From the NCBI RefSeq assembly GCF_009914755.1, contig NC_060930.1: 64,000 nucleotides of DNA. One strand, 5' to 3'. Under the pieces are notes generated by a model. The model was not told where the DNA came from, made no database searches, and saw nothing but the letters and a program-made list of their open reading frames with translations. Shown piece by piece: positions 33,300-49,583 of the stretch (position 1 is its first letter; every line of letters starts with the position of its first letter). Both the position numbers and the translations under genes were made by a program. The DNA comes from the human T2T-CHM13v2.0 reference genome, Homo sapiens.

Positions 33300-33540
33300 T
33301 AACACATTAACAGTACTTACTATGTTCAGGCATTATTCTCTTGTCTACTTATATTATTTCAACTAATCTTCCTATCAATCCTACCATGTAGCTTCTCCAG
33401 TCATCCTCATTTTAAAAATCGGAAAACACAGGAGCAAAGTAGTTCAGTGACTTGCCAAAGATCACACACAGAGTAAATGAAGATGCCAGGATTCAATCTC
33501 AGGCAGGCTGGGTCCAAGATCCACAACTTAACTACTCCAT
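33300..33540 (-). mobile_element. MIR
   Basis: 'cctcattttaaaaatcggaaaacacagg...gtgacttgccaaagatcacac...ccaggattcaatctcaggcag'. Confidence 0.8.
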
Positions 33541-33624
33541 GTGTGTCCCCCAGAGACTTTTCAGTTCTTTACATGCCCTGCAATAAAGATTTCCTGTTCT
33601 TTCTTACTTCCACATTTGCCTTTA

Positions 33625-34047
<423 letters not shown>

Positions 34048-34074
34048 TTAATCCAGTGGCTAATGCATAGCTAT

Positions 34075-34300
34075 TCCAAAGAGACAGAAAGTAGATAAGT
34101 GATGGCTAAGGGTGGGGGTTGGGGAGAATGAGGAGTAACTACCAATGGGTTTGGGGTTTCTTTCTGGGATGATGACAATGTTTTAAATTAGATAGTGTTG
34201 ATGGTTGTACAATTCTGTAAATATACTGAAATCCACTGAATTGTACACTTTAAAAGATGTAGATTTTATGTATGTAAATTATAGCTCAATTAAGCTGTTA
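34075..34300 (+). mobile_element. L1M (MB/MC/ME) 3' end
   Basis: 'gagacagaaagtagataagtg...gatggttgtacaattctgtaaatatactgaaatccactgaattgtacactttaaa'. Confidence 0.85.
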
Positions 34301-34609
34301 CTAGGGGAGAAAAAAAAGTCATGATATGAAATCTTATCTCCTATAAGCAACATCAGAGAACAGAGAATCAGAGAAAATCTTGATAGATCATTTACCTGCC
34401 CACAGGCAACCAACTGCTAATTCCTGGCAGCATTTTAACATCCTATCAACATTTAGAGTAATATCAAACATGCTATCTTTTATCCTAGCCACTCTTTAAT
34501 GAAATATTCACAAATATAAACCATTATTTGGGTAAAAGAAAGAAAATAATTTTAGTCAAGTTGACTCAAAATACTTACTGCATTTACAGCATATAAGTCC
34601 TAATGAAGG

Positions 34610-34640
<31 letters not shown>

Positions 34641-35212
34641 ATAGTTTTCAATTGATTGCTAATAACTATAAAAATATAGCAAAGGACAGTCTAGTGCACA
34701 GATTAATTTTTTTCTATTGAATTATTTGTTTTAAAATGAATTTCTAGGATTGGAATAACTGAGCAAAAGGGAAAGAACATTTATATGATGATTTTTATAT
34801 ACTATTATTGTTATCCAAAACAGCTATACTTATTTAGCATGCCTTGAACAGATTATGAGAATCTTGTAGTGTTGTACTACCTTATCTCAGATGAAGTTCA
34901 CCTCCTGAATTAAGGGTTTTTAATGATTAAATATTACCTAAGTAATCTGATTTAGCAGAATGGACATTTGCAACAATATTTTGTGTTGCAACAAGTTTGA
35001 CATGTTCCCTAAGTCAAAAGCAAGTGTCCTGGGAAATTCACCATAAATAAGGTCCTAGATTAGTGATTAACTAGTTGAGAACAGGGCATTTTGTTGGACT
35101 GCTCTCTGGGATGTTTAGAGAAAGAGAGATTAATAGTGATTACCTCTGCTTAGAAGTTCAAAGAATTGAGAAGTTAAGAATCAAAATCCTTAGTTGACAC
35201 AGCATTCATTTA

Positions 35213-35396
<184 letters not shown>

Positions 35397-35419
35397 TGAA
35401 ACACATTTATTAAACATTT

Positions 35420-35763
35420 TGCTATAGTCTTAATGTTTGTGTTCCACATCAGTGTGTTGAAATCTAATCCCGGCTGTGATAATATTAACAGGTGAAGACT
35501 TTGGGAGATGGTTAGATCGTGAGAGCAGAGCTCTCATGAGTGGGATTAGTGCCCTTATAAAAGAGACCCCCAAAAAACTCATTGTTCCCTTTCACCATGT
35601 GAGGACACAGCTAGAAGGCACCATCTATGTGACAGCAAGCCCTCATCAGAGGCTACTGTTTCCATGATCTTGGACTTTCCAGCCTCCAGAACTGTGAGAG
35701 ATAGATTTCTGTTGTTAATAAGCCAGAAAATAGTATTTTCTTATAGTAGTCCAAACAAAGACA
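35420..35763 (+). mobile_element. MLT1A0-like MaLR LTR
   Basis: 'tgctatagtcttaatgtttgtg...gggattagtgcccttataaaagagacc...ccagcctccagaactgtgaga...aagaca'. Confidence 0.88.
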
Positions 35764-35949
35764 AACCTACCATTTCTTTTACTCATTAAAGGCAAGTAGT
35801 CTCCCCACTGAAGCATTTACAGGCTAATGGGAACCCAATGAAAGATGCATTGAACCTCGGGGGATACAGGGAAGATATGACTAAGATTGCTGTTAGTCAT
35901 GGAAGATATTACATCCATGCCAGGTTGAACCTGCCCACCTCTCTTTTAG

Positions 35950-36395
35950 TAATAGAATGCCCAATATTTAGCCAGGGGTGGGGCCACCCTGAGTAGAATT
36001 CATTTCCCAGCTTCCCTTGTAAATGAGGTGTGACCATGTGACTAGTTAGGGAGATATAAAAAAAATTGAGTGTCAGTTTCAACAAAATTTATTTTTAAAC
36101 AGCCAATGAACATACTTTTCTTCTTTTTTCCTCCAACCTCCATTTTGTCACAGAAAATCAGTTGTGAAGGTTGGTGCTCTGGCTGACATCTTGGAACATG
36201 AAAAAGGGACCTAAATTCAGAGCTATAAGCTAGAAAAAACCGTGTCTACAAGATATTTTGTAATATATTCTAACAGAGTGAATTGCTTGCCACCAATATT
36301 CTTTTACATAAAGGCAACTACAATAAATCTTCTTTCTTGTTTAAGTCATTGCTAATTGGAGTTCCTTAGTCACATGCAGCCAATCCTAAGTGACT
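35950..36395 (+). mobile_element. Old MLT1 (I/J-like) LTR
   Basis: 'catttcccagcttcccttg...tgaccatgtgactag', 'tcttgtttaagtcattg'. Confidence 0.6.
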
Positions 36396-36636
36396 GAGAA
36401 GGCTTCTTTAAGTTGAGTCTTAAAGTCTGATAGAGTTTGCCAGATAAGGAATATGGAAAGGGGATTCCAGGTGTACAGTCATGAACAAAACTAGAAAGAA
36501 AACCCAAAGAGGCAAAGGATTTGGTTGGTAAGGCATGGCATGAGATTAATTAAGACCGAAAAAATTTGTTTTTTTTATAGAATATGTATTTTAAACACAA
36601 GATCCTCAGGGATCTGGATATTCTGTATCAATAGCC

Positions 36637-37080
36637 TGTATCAGTTATCTATTGCTGACTAATTAATCGCTCCAAACTTAGCATCTTAAACAACAGTAAA
36701 TATTTATTAACTTACACAGGTTTTGAGGATCAGAAATCTGAGTGGTTTTGGCTCGGAATCTGCCATTCAGGATGTCAACCAGGGCTGAAGTCATCTGAAG
36801 GTTTTATGGACTCAACGCTCACTTCCAAAATGGCTCATTCACATGCCTCATTGTTGGCAGGAAGCCTCAGTTATTCACCATGTAGATCTCTCCATAGGGC
36901 TGCTCAGGTGTCCTGACAATATGGTTCCTGGTCCCCCAGAGGAAGTAATCCAAGAGAGCAAGGGGGAGCCACAATATCTTTTATGACCTAGCCTCAGAAG
37001 TCATATATTATCAGGCCTTCAGGAAGGGATACAAAAGGGTAAGAATACCAGGAGATGAAAATCACTGTGGTCATCTTGTA
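36637..37080 (-). mobile_element. MLT1F-like MaLR LTR
   Basis: 'tgtatcagttatctattgctg...aaacttagcatcttaaacaac...ttttatgacctagcctcagaagtca'. Confidence 0.8.
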
Positions 37081-37196
37081 ACCTCAGCAAGCTTGAAAAA
37101 TGGAGACCGGCCAGAAAAGTCCAGCTGTTGGTCAAAGATAAATGATTGTCTTTTGAGCACAAAAGCATCTTTCTGTAGAATTAAAGATGTACAACT

Positions 37197-37491
37197 GGCA
37201 GGGTGCTGCGGCTCATGCCTGTAATCCCAGCACTTTAGGAGGCCAAAGTAGGAGGATGGCTTGAGGCCAGGAGTTTGAAACCAGCCTGGCAACATAGCGA
37301 GACCTTGTATCTACAAAACATTAAAAAATTAGCCAGGCATGGTGGTGGCTACTTATAGTCCTAGCTACTCAAGAGGCTGACGTGGGAGGATTGCTTGAGC
37401 CCAGGAGCTCAAGGTTGCAGTGAGTTGTGATCAGGCCACTGCACTCCAGCCTGGGCAACAGAGCAAGACCTTGTCTCTATTTAAAAAAAAA
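37197..37491 (+). mobile_element. AluJ
   Basis: Full Alu; approximate TSD aaa.atgt. Confidence 0.93.
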
Positions 37492-38976
37492 ATGTTGAAT
37501 TAAGTGATTTGAACTAAATTTCATAAAATTCTAACACTACTATTTTGCCTACCTAAAATTGACTTCCCTTCTCCTCTGTGACTATCAGTTTTTATAGGCC
37601 CTATTCAGGATAAAATTCCCTAAAGGACAATTTCTTCATAAACACAAAAAACACCTATTATCCTAACCATGTGAGTACTTTATTAAAAGCATCTCCCTGA
37701 ATGTTTTATGTACATAAATCTTTTTTAATCAACCAAATTGTACTTTCAAGGTAGATAGAATTCTGTTCAGTTCATACCAACATCTATTAAGCAATAACTA
37801 TATACGAAGAATCGTGCCCCCCTCTACAAGTGCAGAGTCTAAAGTGGGACAGGTATTGATGTGAATAGACATGTTCAACAGAATGTGCCAAAATGCACTG
37901 GGTCCCAGGTGGTCTTTGTCACTCTTCCAAGCCTGTACACGGAATTGGGCACATAAGTTTCAAAACTCATAGTCTAAGGTTTTAACTAATCAGTTATTGA
38001 TTCTAGTCATTCAGGGGCTGATTGATTACAGCTTTAGACTAGTGACTTTCAGAGTTTTATTTAAAACAAAATTCTACTTAAAGTAAAACCTCACTAGTGT
38101 TCCATGAGATATAACAGGTGTTCCACAGAACAAAACAAAATGAAATCCTCTCAGGATTAGGAATATTGTCTCTAAAATTACTCTATAGCATGTATGAGAG
38201 GAATATCGAACACATACATGTAGCTGTTTTTATTTTTGTGGTAATTTTTCTTTTAAAAGGGTATGGTGAGAATGTCAAATAGTCATGAGGGATGATACAA
38301 CAGAGACTGTATGACATAAGACCTACCATTGCTGTACAAGCTTTATCCAATAACAGGTGCTGCACTGTATATTCTATTATGATTGTTGGTCTGTGTTCAA
38401 GGGCTTATTTTACCATTTCAGCATTTATATATAATGTTATCCAATATCAATTGTATATTTGCATATGAATCAAATTTTGATCTTTTCTCATTGCAAGAAA
38501 TTTTTTCATGAGACCCCTTTATGATTTCTGTTCACCTATGCCTATCTTATTTCTCATGAGCTCTAATTGCTGTCTCATTAATATGTTTTAATTTTAAAGT
38601 ATGGTACTGCCAAATGAATTTGGGAAATTGAGATTTATATATACATGACCATTTGTGCTGGAGAATCCAACAAACTTGGGTTCTAAGCCAAACACCATCA
38701 CTCAATGACAACTATTGCTGGTTATAGTTAATTACATTATCTATTGACAGCATAGTTGTAATTCATCATACCTTAGGTACTGATAGAAATAGAGATAAAA
38801 AGCGAACATTTTCTTTAGGTAATCACAGTCCAGGGGCAGCATTCATTTCTTCTAACCACATTCTGACAAAAAATCAAAATGTTCTGCATTCTCCAGAATC
38901 ATAGAACTTCTGAACAGAAAGAATGATGAACATCCAAGTCTGATCTTTATTTTATTTTATTTAAAAAATAAAGTAG

Positions 38977-39295
38977 AGCCCGGGTGCAGTAGTTCATGCC
39001 TGTAATCCCAGCACTTTGGGAGGCCGAGGTGGGTGAATCACTTGAGGTCAGGAGTTCCATACCAGCCTGGCCAACATGGGGAAACCCCATCTCTACTAAA
39101 AATATAAAAATTAGCCGGGTGTGGTGGCAGGTGCCTGTAATCCCAGCTACTCAGGGGGCTGAGGCAGGAGAATTGCTTGAACCCAGGAGGAAGAGGCTGC
39201 AGTGGGCCTAGATTGCGCCACTGTACTCCAGCCCAGGCGACAGAGTGAGACTCTGTCTCAAAAAATAATAAACAAACAAATAAATAAATAAATAA
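38977..39295 (+). mobile_element. AluSx-like nested in the tail of an antisense FLAM
   Basis: Full Alu. Confidence 0.95.
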
Positions 39296-39413
39296 TAGAG
39301 ACAAGCTCTCACTCTGTTGCCCAGGCTGGTCTCAAGCTCCTGAGCTCAAGTGATCCTCCGGCCTCAGACTCCCAAACTGTGAGGATTACAGATATGAGCC
39401 ACCACGCCTAGAC
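39296..39413 (-). mobile_element. FLAM_C-like monomer (tail at 38945-38962)
   Basis: TSD ccaa(g/a)tctgatcttta at 38934-38949 and 39413-39428 spans both elements. Confidence 0.85.
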
Positions 39414-39502
39414 CAAATCTGATCTTTAATAGCTGAAGATCAGAGAGTACTGCATTGCAAGTCAGGGACTAGTGACTAAATTGTGATTAGAACCTAGGGT
39501 CA

Positions 39503-39932
39503 ATTGTATTACTGTTCCCAAATATTCACTCTCCTTTCCTATAAAAGGATTAATTCATTTCACTCATTGCCACATAACATGCAGTGTCTCTTACAGTAGT
39601 TGTATATACCTCCATCCTATTGACATTGGGCTTGGCCATGAGCTTTGTTTGGCCATTGGCATGTGAGGGGACATTGCATCTGCCATGGTCTTGCATAAAC
39701 TTTAACAGCCATCATGTAGTTTACTAACTTCCTATTCTATTCCCTCTGACACAATCTCACATGTCCTGGAGGGGACACCTCCTTCAGCAGGGAATGAAGA
39801 GGGCACTTGGAGCAGACATGACTGATCCATCTTCTCACATGTGAAGAAAGTGAAAAACAGACTTTTTTATTCTTCACCCTTGTAAGCCACTGAGATTTTA
39901 TAGTTCTCATTGCTAGAGCAAAGCTGAATAAT
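39503..39932 (+). mobile_element. MLT1 (H/I-like) LTR
   Basis: 'ttgacattgggcttggccatgagctttgtttggcca', 'tgtaagccactgagatttt'. Confidence 0.7.
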
Positions 39933-40967
39933 TTAGAATGCAAGCCAGAAAGAATAAGTGATTTGTACAAGTTTACACATGTACATAGCTAAATGGCAGA
40001 ACCAGAGTTAAATCTCAGTTCTTTTGACATCCAGTCCAGTATTCTTTCCATATTTTTAGAGCTCTTTAAGTGACCAGTGTAAACATCTACACAGTATATT
40101 TTACTGTGATACTTAGAACATCCCCGAAAGCAATTAACTACATGACTAAAGGTTTGTCCAATTAATTTTTCCTTAATTGCCCATATGCTGAAGGCAACTC
40201 ACAGGCTACAAATAATTTACGAAACTCTTTTACTCATTGTGGTCATTACTGACCGTATTGGCTAGCAGCAGTCCTTCCCAATGTGAAATGGGTGAAGTGC
40301 ACTTGGAAATTACATGAGGCTTGCACTTTTCATCCGCTCTTGTTGGCCTGGTCATCTTCAAGTGCCTGTTATCTTGAGTGAGATAGAGGATTCTAGCAAC
40401 AGCTCCATTGTGTAGTCTTATCTTAGGAACATATGGACTCTTTCACATTTGGTTTCCCTAAGTAGGCCTTTAAAAGTGATGGCAAATTCTGTCAACATCT
40501 CCACCTGTTTTGTATTCTCTCCAGTAAAAATCTGTCCAGTAGCTTCAAGAAGCTCAATCTACTGCTGAACCACTTCATGCCAGTTTCACGTGCTCCTTTA
40601 GTCATTTTCTTCCTGAAGTCATGTCAAAATGTCTATCTTCAATAAGCCCTGTCACTTAAAATAGAACCCTCTACCTACAGATTATGTTTTCCTTTTGACC
40701 TGTGTACCTCATTTGAAGTATGTGGCATAGATTTTCTATATCCAATTCAACGTTTGTTCTATATTCACTTTTGGATGATTCTAAGTCGTGTTATCATATC
40801 AGACTATCACAATTTTGAATGTTGAACTCAAACTAAATACTTCATTGTGTCTAGTGCTGTGGACTTTTAAAGGCACTCAGTATAATTAAGGCTGAATTAT
40901 ACTAATGATTAACTAGGCTTGTATTATGAGGAGTTAAGTCCTCTTTATTAATTCAAAATTGGAATCT

Positions 40968-41788
<821 letters not shown>

Positions 41789-41910
41789 CTAAAACACCTC
41801 TAAAATTGTAATATGCTGAGTTAGGAAATTACAGAGAAATGAATTCTTGAATTGAAGCAGATAGCAAGGAAAAAAAACTAATCTGAACTAAATTTTAAAG
41901 TAAAATGTTC

Positions 41911-42050
41911 AGCCGGGCATGGTAGCACATGCCTGTAATCCCAAACAGAAGAACCAGTTAAGCTCAGGAGTTCGAGGTGACAGTGATCTATGATGGGGCC
42001 ACTGCACACCAGCCTGAGTGGGAGAGCAAGACCCCATCTCTAATACATAT
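41911..42050 (+). mobile_element. FLAM/FAM-like monomer
   Basis: Diverged single monomer. Confidence 0.75.
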
Positions 42051-42054
42051 AAAA

Positions 42055-42414
42055 ATGTAAAAATATTATATATATACACACACACTATATACACTTAATA
42101 TTACACACTATATATAGTAATAAATAAAAATAAATAGTATATATAGTGTATATATTATATATAGTATATATTAAGTATATATACTTAATGTTTTTATATT
42201 AATTATTAAATACTTAATATTTTACGTATTTATATATAAATATAAATATATAATATTGTTACCATAATACCATATATATGGTATTATACATACACTATAT
42301 ATGTGTATATATAGTGTGTATATATATATCATATACATATACTATATGTATATATACATACATAGTGTGTGTATATATACATATATAGTATAATATATAT
42401 GATATTATGGTAAC
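42055..42414. repeat. AT-rich low-complexity tract with internal inverted repeats
   Basis: Directly visible; 24-bp perfect palindrome at 42264-42287. Confidence 0.9.
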
Positions 42415-43886
42415 GGTGACCTAATTTAGAAAAAGACGTTCACTCATATAGTAGGTACTTCTGCCGTTCTTCTGTCAGTACTAGTCTTCCTATCTCTGAA
42501 AGTTTCTGGAGGACACTGGGGTGATAGATGGATACCCCCTCAGGTGGAATTCCTATGCAGTTACAAGTCTCTTCCAGAGAACTCATGTTCCTTTTCTTAC
42601 CCTTCACCCTTTCCTCCCTGCCATCCCTCCGCCACAGCCTCTCACTCCATCTACACCGTTCTTTCAGTGTCAGGGTTATGAATTCTCAAGCTAAACTTGA
42701 CATTTTAAAGTAATAGCTTTATTATTTGGGCTCTGATTACAGACCCTGTTCACAGTTACATTTGCGTTAAAGAGCAAAGGTTACCAAAGTTCAACATGTG
42801 TTTGGCATTATTTTTAAAAGGCCTTCCTCTTTGGTAAGCTACAGAAAAATTGTAAGACTGGAAACCTGTGAGCCAGCAGCCAAAAACATAGACTACCATG
42901 GATTTGCTGCTTTCTTGCAACAGAAACCTTCACTTTTTCACAATAGATACATTTTTTCTGATTACGATTAGATCAGCTTAAATAGAAAAGGGATCATGTC
43001 ACCATCACCAACAACAAACTTCAGTTATGAACTGAGCACTATGCTGGTGCAAGATGTGGTTGCTGTCTTTTAAGGCGGAAGACAACACTAAAATGCCTTC
43101 ATCCTATGAAGAACAGAAAAAATCCTGGAGTAGAGCAGAGAGGAGAAGCTAAATTTAACCCTTAGAATGTCAGAGGAAGGAAGGTTTTGACACCAAGGTC
43201 TTATATAACACAGGCAATCAGATTTAATTCCGGCCTGGGTATATTCTCTCTCTCTCTTTTTTAAAATAATTATTTTATTTTTAATTGTGTGGCCCTGTTA
43301 TATTAATTTCCTTTAGCCAAAGGAAGATAGATCCTTTAGCCAGGGGAAGACTTAAATCACTAAATCACATAAAATCCCTCTCTCTCCTTCTCTCTCTCTC
43401 CCCTTCTCTCTCTCCCTGTTTTAATAGTACTTAGCTATCTCAAAGTGTTGCTGGAAGGATTCATAAGCATGTTAAGTGCTTCGAAGATGAGAAGCAATAT
43501 ATAAATGCTTAAGTATTATTATTAAACTTCAAGTAAATGAGCACATAGCATGTGATTTAAATGGAATGCATGTGAATACACAATCCACAAATAGCCAAAC
43601 AACTAAAGAAGCTTCAGCTAAGACTCACAACCCACATGACGCTAAGCCTTTAATATCATAGAATGTTTTTAGAGCTGAAAAACTATCAGAGATCATTCAA
43701 TGAAAGTTCTTCATTTTACGGGCTGTGAAAAGGGGGCATCACAAGTGACCAGTCCAAGGGCACACAAATGGATAGGGATAGACACAGGACAAGAAACCAA
43801 ACTTCCTCAATGCCAACCAGTGCTTCTCATACCCTGCTCACCTTTAACTACAAGATGTCAAACATCAAGATAAAAATAGCATGCTT

Positions 43887-44192
43887 GGCCGGGTGCGGTG
43901 GCTCATGCCTGTAATCCCAGCACTTTGGGAGGCCAAGACGGGTGGATCATGAGGTCAGGAGATCGAGACTATCCTGGCTCACATAGTGAAACCCTGTCTC
44001 TACTAAAAACACAAAAAACTTAGCTGGGCGTGGTGGTGGGCGCCTGTAGTCCCAGCTACTCAAGAGGCTGAGGCAGGAGAATGGCATGAACCCGGGAGTT
44101 GGAGCTTGCAGTGTGAGCGGAGATTGTGCCACTGCACTCCAGCCTGGGCGACAGAGTGAGACTCCGTCTCAAAAAAAAAAAAAAAAAAAAAA
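43887..44192 (+). mobile_element. AluY
   Basis: AluY diagnostics, A tail. Confidence 0.95.
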
Positions 44193-44506
<314 letters not shown>

Positions 44507-44781
44507 CTAGATGTATTACCAACGTTTAAAATTCATTGCATTTTGTATGAAAATCCAAGTTCTACTTTCTCTTAATCAACTAACAAGGCAAGGACACGAT
44601 GATCCCTTTAAACAGGGAGCCACATCAGGGGACCACGTGTTCCACCTGACTAGTTTTGTGTGCTCAGACTGCCTCCTGCTTTTGACTTTGTGTCCCTGTG
44701 TAGATAATGAATCTAAAAATGCCAAGCCTCCAAATGAATACTTTTTCAGTTTAGTTATCTTACTATACACAGCTTTATTAA

Positions 44782-45606
<825 letters not shown>

Positions 45607-45961
45607 CTAACTGTTATATTTCTTATGCTACAAAGCAATTCAGAACTAAGAAAAAGTTCAGAAGTAAGATTGGCTTTACAGTATTGATACTCTCAAATCT
45701 GTATTTTCTTAAATAATGATATAAATTTTATATTCTCTATCTTCTTAAAATAATTCCTATATGTATATGCTATTTTGTTTTATTTTACTACTCATCCCCT
45801 ACTTTTCACCTGAATTTCCTTATCTTTTTTAAACTTAAAAAATTAACCTATTGTATACTTTCACAGAATTATTTAAACACATTTTGGAATGAGACAGAAT
45901 ATTACTAAGTTACATATTTACATTTATTCTTTACAAACTTATGACAGAATGAGATTTGAGG

Positions 45962-46645
<684 letters not shown>

Positions 46646-47056
46646 CTTTAAACTATAAAATGGGTGTGGTAAACAATTATACCTATGTAAATAGTTAGAA
46701 AGGATAAGGCCAAGGGACTTTATGAAAGTAATGCATGAATAATTCTAAAATATACTTTTTAGGTCAATATTGTTCTCTGTTCAGCAGTACTCATCAGAAC
46801 ATAAGAGATTTTTTTCATCTTTCTGAAAGAAATTTTGTGTTTTAGAATTTGCTTTTATAACTGGATTGGAAAATGCTATGAGGCTACAATCCTAGTGGAA
46901 AAAAGCAAGAAGATAAACATATGCTACCATTTTGCCTCATCTCTTTTTGACTTTTAGCTCAAAAGTCAAATGTCTGCGGACCATTCAGGCAACTGAGCTG
47001 AAGTATTCTCCACATTTTTATACCTCCCACCCTCAACATGATATCCATGATGAATC

Positions 47057-47540
47057 CAGTGCTTCTCAACCACCTGCCCTAAGTTCCACCCCCGGAGCTC
47101 CTGATTCAGTTGGACTTAGACGAGGCCAAGGCAACAGGATGTTTATTTATTTATTTATTCATTCATTTATGTATTGAGACAGGGTCTTGCTCTGTCGCCC
47201 AAGCTGGAGTGTAGTGGTAAGATCACTGTTCACTGCGGTCTCAACCTCTGGGGCTCAAGGGATCCTCCCACCTCAGCTCCTGAGTAGGTGGGGCTACATG
47301 TGCACTCCTCCACATCCAGCTAATTTTTAAAAGAAATTTTTGTAGTGACAGGGTCTCACTATGTTGCACAGGCTGGTCTCAAACTCCTGGGTTCAAGCAA
47401 TCCTACCAGTCCTAGGCTCAAGCGATCCTCCCACCTCAGCCTCCCAAAGTGTTGGGATTACAGGCATAAGCCACCCAGCCCAGGATACTTTTAAAAGCTC
47501 CCCAGGTGATTCTCATGTATAGTCAGGGTTGAGAACCTCT
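47057..47540. mobile_element. MER5-family element split by an AluJ (47142-47480, -)
   Basis: 'cagtgcttctcaacc...ctgattcagttgg' and 'ttaaaagctccccaggtgattct...gggttgagaacc'. Confidence 0.75.
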
Positions 47541-47828
47541 CTTTCTATCTTTCCCCAGCATTGGAAGTGACCTAAAAACCACATCTTAGACCTCACTCCT
47601 TCTCTCCTCATGGATCATGAAGCTACTTTTCTTTATAAGATCACAGATACATCTAGTATCTAAAAGATCTTGAAGAATAACTATCAATTGAAATGGTCTA
47701 AACACAAAATCACTCTGCTTATACTAAGTGAAGATAAGAATATGTATAACCAATTCAGTCTTCCAAACATTTTAACTAGATAATTAAAGCCAAACTACTT
47801 TTTCTTTGGCTTAAAATTTTAGATAATT

Positions 47829-48118
47829 GGGCCAGGTGCCGTGGCTCGTGACTATTATCCCAGTACTTTGGGAGACCGAAGCGGGTGGATCACTTGAGGT
47901 CAGGCGTTCAAGACCAGCCTGACCAACATGGTGAAACCCTGTCTCTACTAAAAATACAAAAATTATCCAGCTGTGGTGCTGCGCGCTTGTAATCCCAGCT
48001 ACTCAGGAGGCTGAGGCAGGAGAATTGCTTGAACCCGGGAGGTGAGGTTGCAGTGAGTTGAGATTACGCCTCTGCACTCCAGCCTGGGTGGCAGAACGAG
48101 ACTCGGTCTCAAAAACAA
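47829..48118 (+). mobile_element. AluSx-like
   Basis: Full Alu; approximate TSD aaatttta.ataattgg. Confidence 0.95.
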
Positions 48119-48799
48119 ATTTTAAATAATTGGCTTAACTCTCCACCTTGCTCAAGGGTGTGGACATAGCCCCAAAGTCCAGGTAGTGCACTATGCCATT
48201 TGCTTGGCCTACAGAGGAAGGAGTGGTGATGGTGGTAATCAGTTGTTAATTTCACATTATGGGTGGAATTTTGACACAATCAAATCCAATGGCTTCAAGC
48301 CTTTTGCTGGATTATTACTTCTGAATACATTAGATTTGGATCAGAACTCAGAAACGAAATGTTATTTCCTTCTCTTCATCACCCCCATAAAACTTCTATT
48401 AATATTTATTTATTTAGAACTCCTGGTATTTTTGTGACAATGCTCTCTTCCCACTGTTTCCTTGTGGCAAGCTAAAGGGTCTTTGGTTTTTGACCTTTTG
48501 ATATGAAAACATGCATTACAGCCATGCTTTTGTGACTTTTTTTTTTTTTTTTTGATTTAGGGAAGTGGCAAGAATGTGTGGAACGATCACAAAGTTCACA
48601 TTTCCTCTTATAATCACACAACAAAAGGGCAACTCATCAGAGTTTCTCACTGACCTCAGGGCCTTTATCTTTAAAGAGAAAGAAGGAGAGAGAAAGAGAA
48701 GAAAATTCAGAAACTATATACTTTTATGATATCCACCAAGACTATGACTTTGGACAGATGATCCAACACTAATTTTCAAACTTTCAGCCAAATTGTATA

Positions 48800-49025
48800 C
48801 AGTATTGTGTATAGCATGTGAAGATCTGAGATAAAATCCCAGTTCTATCCACTCATTGTGTGACTTAGGGAAAATTACCTAACATCCCTAAATCTTGTTT
48901 TGTGTTCTGTAAAATGATCTCATGTGAATCTTATGTAAATTAAATTTAATAATATATGTACAGCATTTTCACAGTGTCTGGCAAAGAAGACAGACTCAAT
49001 AAATGATAAAGCAACATTATTATTG
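48800..49025 (+). mobile_element. MIR
   Basis: 'tgtgtgacttagggaaaattacctaac...ctgtaaaatg...ctcaataaatg'. Confidence 0.75.
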
Positions 49026-49254
49026 CCCTAGGCAGATCCTCTGAAAGTTAACATGGGCTGCATTTTTCAAACTCTTCTCTGACCACATCAAACTCAAGTA
49101 TTAAACAATTAAAAACTAGTGATTTCAGAGATTTCCTCAGTAACCGTAGTTATAAGAAAAAGACAATTCCTATTCTACATAGTACAGGAAGTCCTAGTCA
49201 GAGCAATCAGATAAAAAGAATATTTTATTTTATTTACTTATTTATTTATTTTTG

Positions 49255-49583
49255 GGCCGGGCACAGTAGCTCACGCCTGTAATCCCAGCACTTTGGGAGG
49301 CCGAGGTGGGTGGATCACGAGGTCAGGAGATCGAGACCATCCTGGCTAACACAATGAAATCCCGTCTCTATTAAAAAAATACAAAAAAAAAAAAAAAAAA
49401 ATTAGCCGTGCGTGGTGGCAGGCGCCTGCAGCCCCAGCTCCTCAGGAGGCTGAGGCAGGAGAATGGCGTGAACCTGGGAGGCGGAGCTTGCAGGGAGCCA
49501 AGATGGCCCCACTGCACTCCATCCTGGGCAAGAGAGCGAGACTCCATCTCAAAAAATAATAATAAAATAAATAAATAAATAAA
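49255..49583 (+). mobile_element. AluY
   Basis: AluY diagnostics, (AAAT)n tail. Confidence 0.95.

Noticed and set aside
40200-40680. Coding-looking composition on the minus strand
   Set aside because: The frames I translated contain stops and match no protein I recognise; tBLASTx would be needed.
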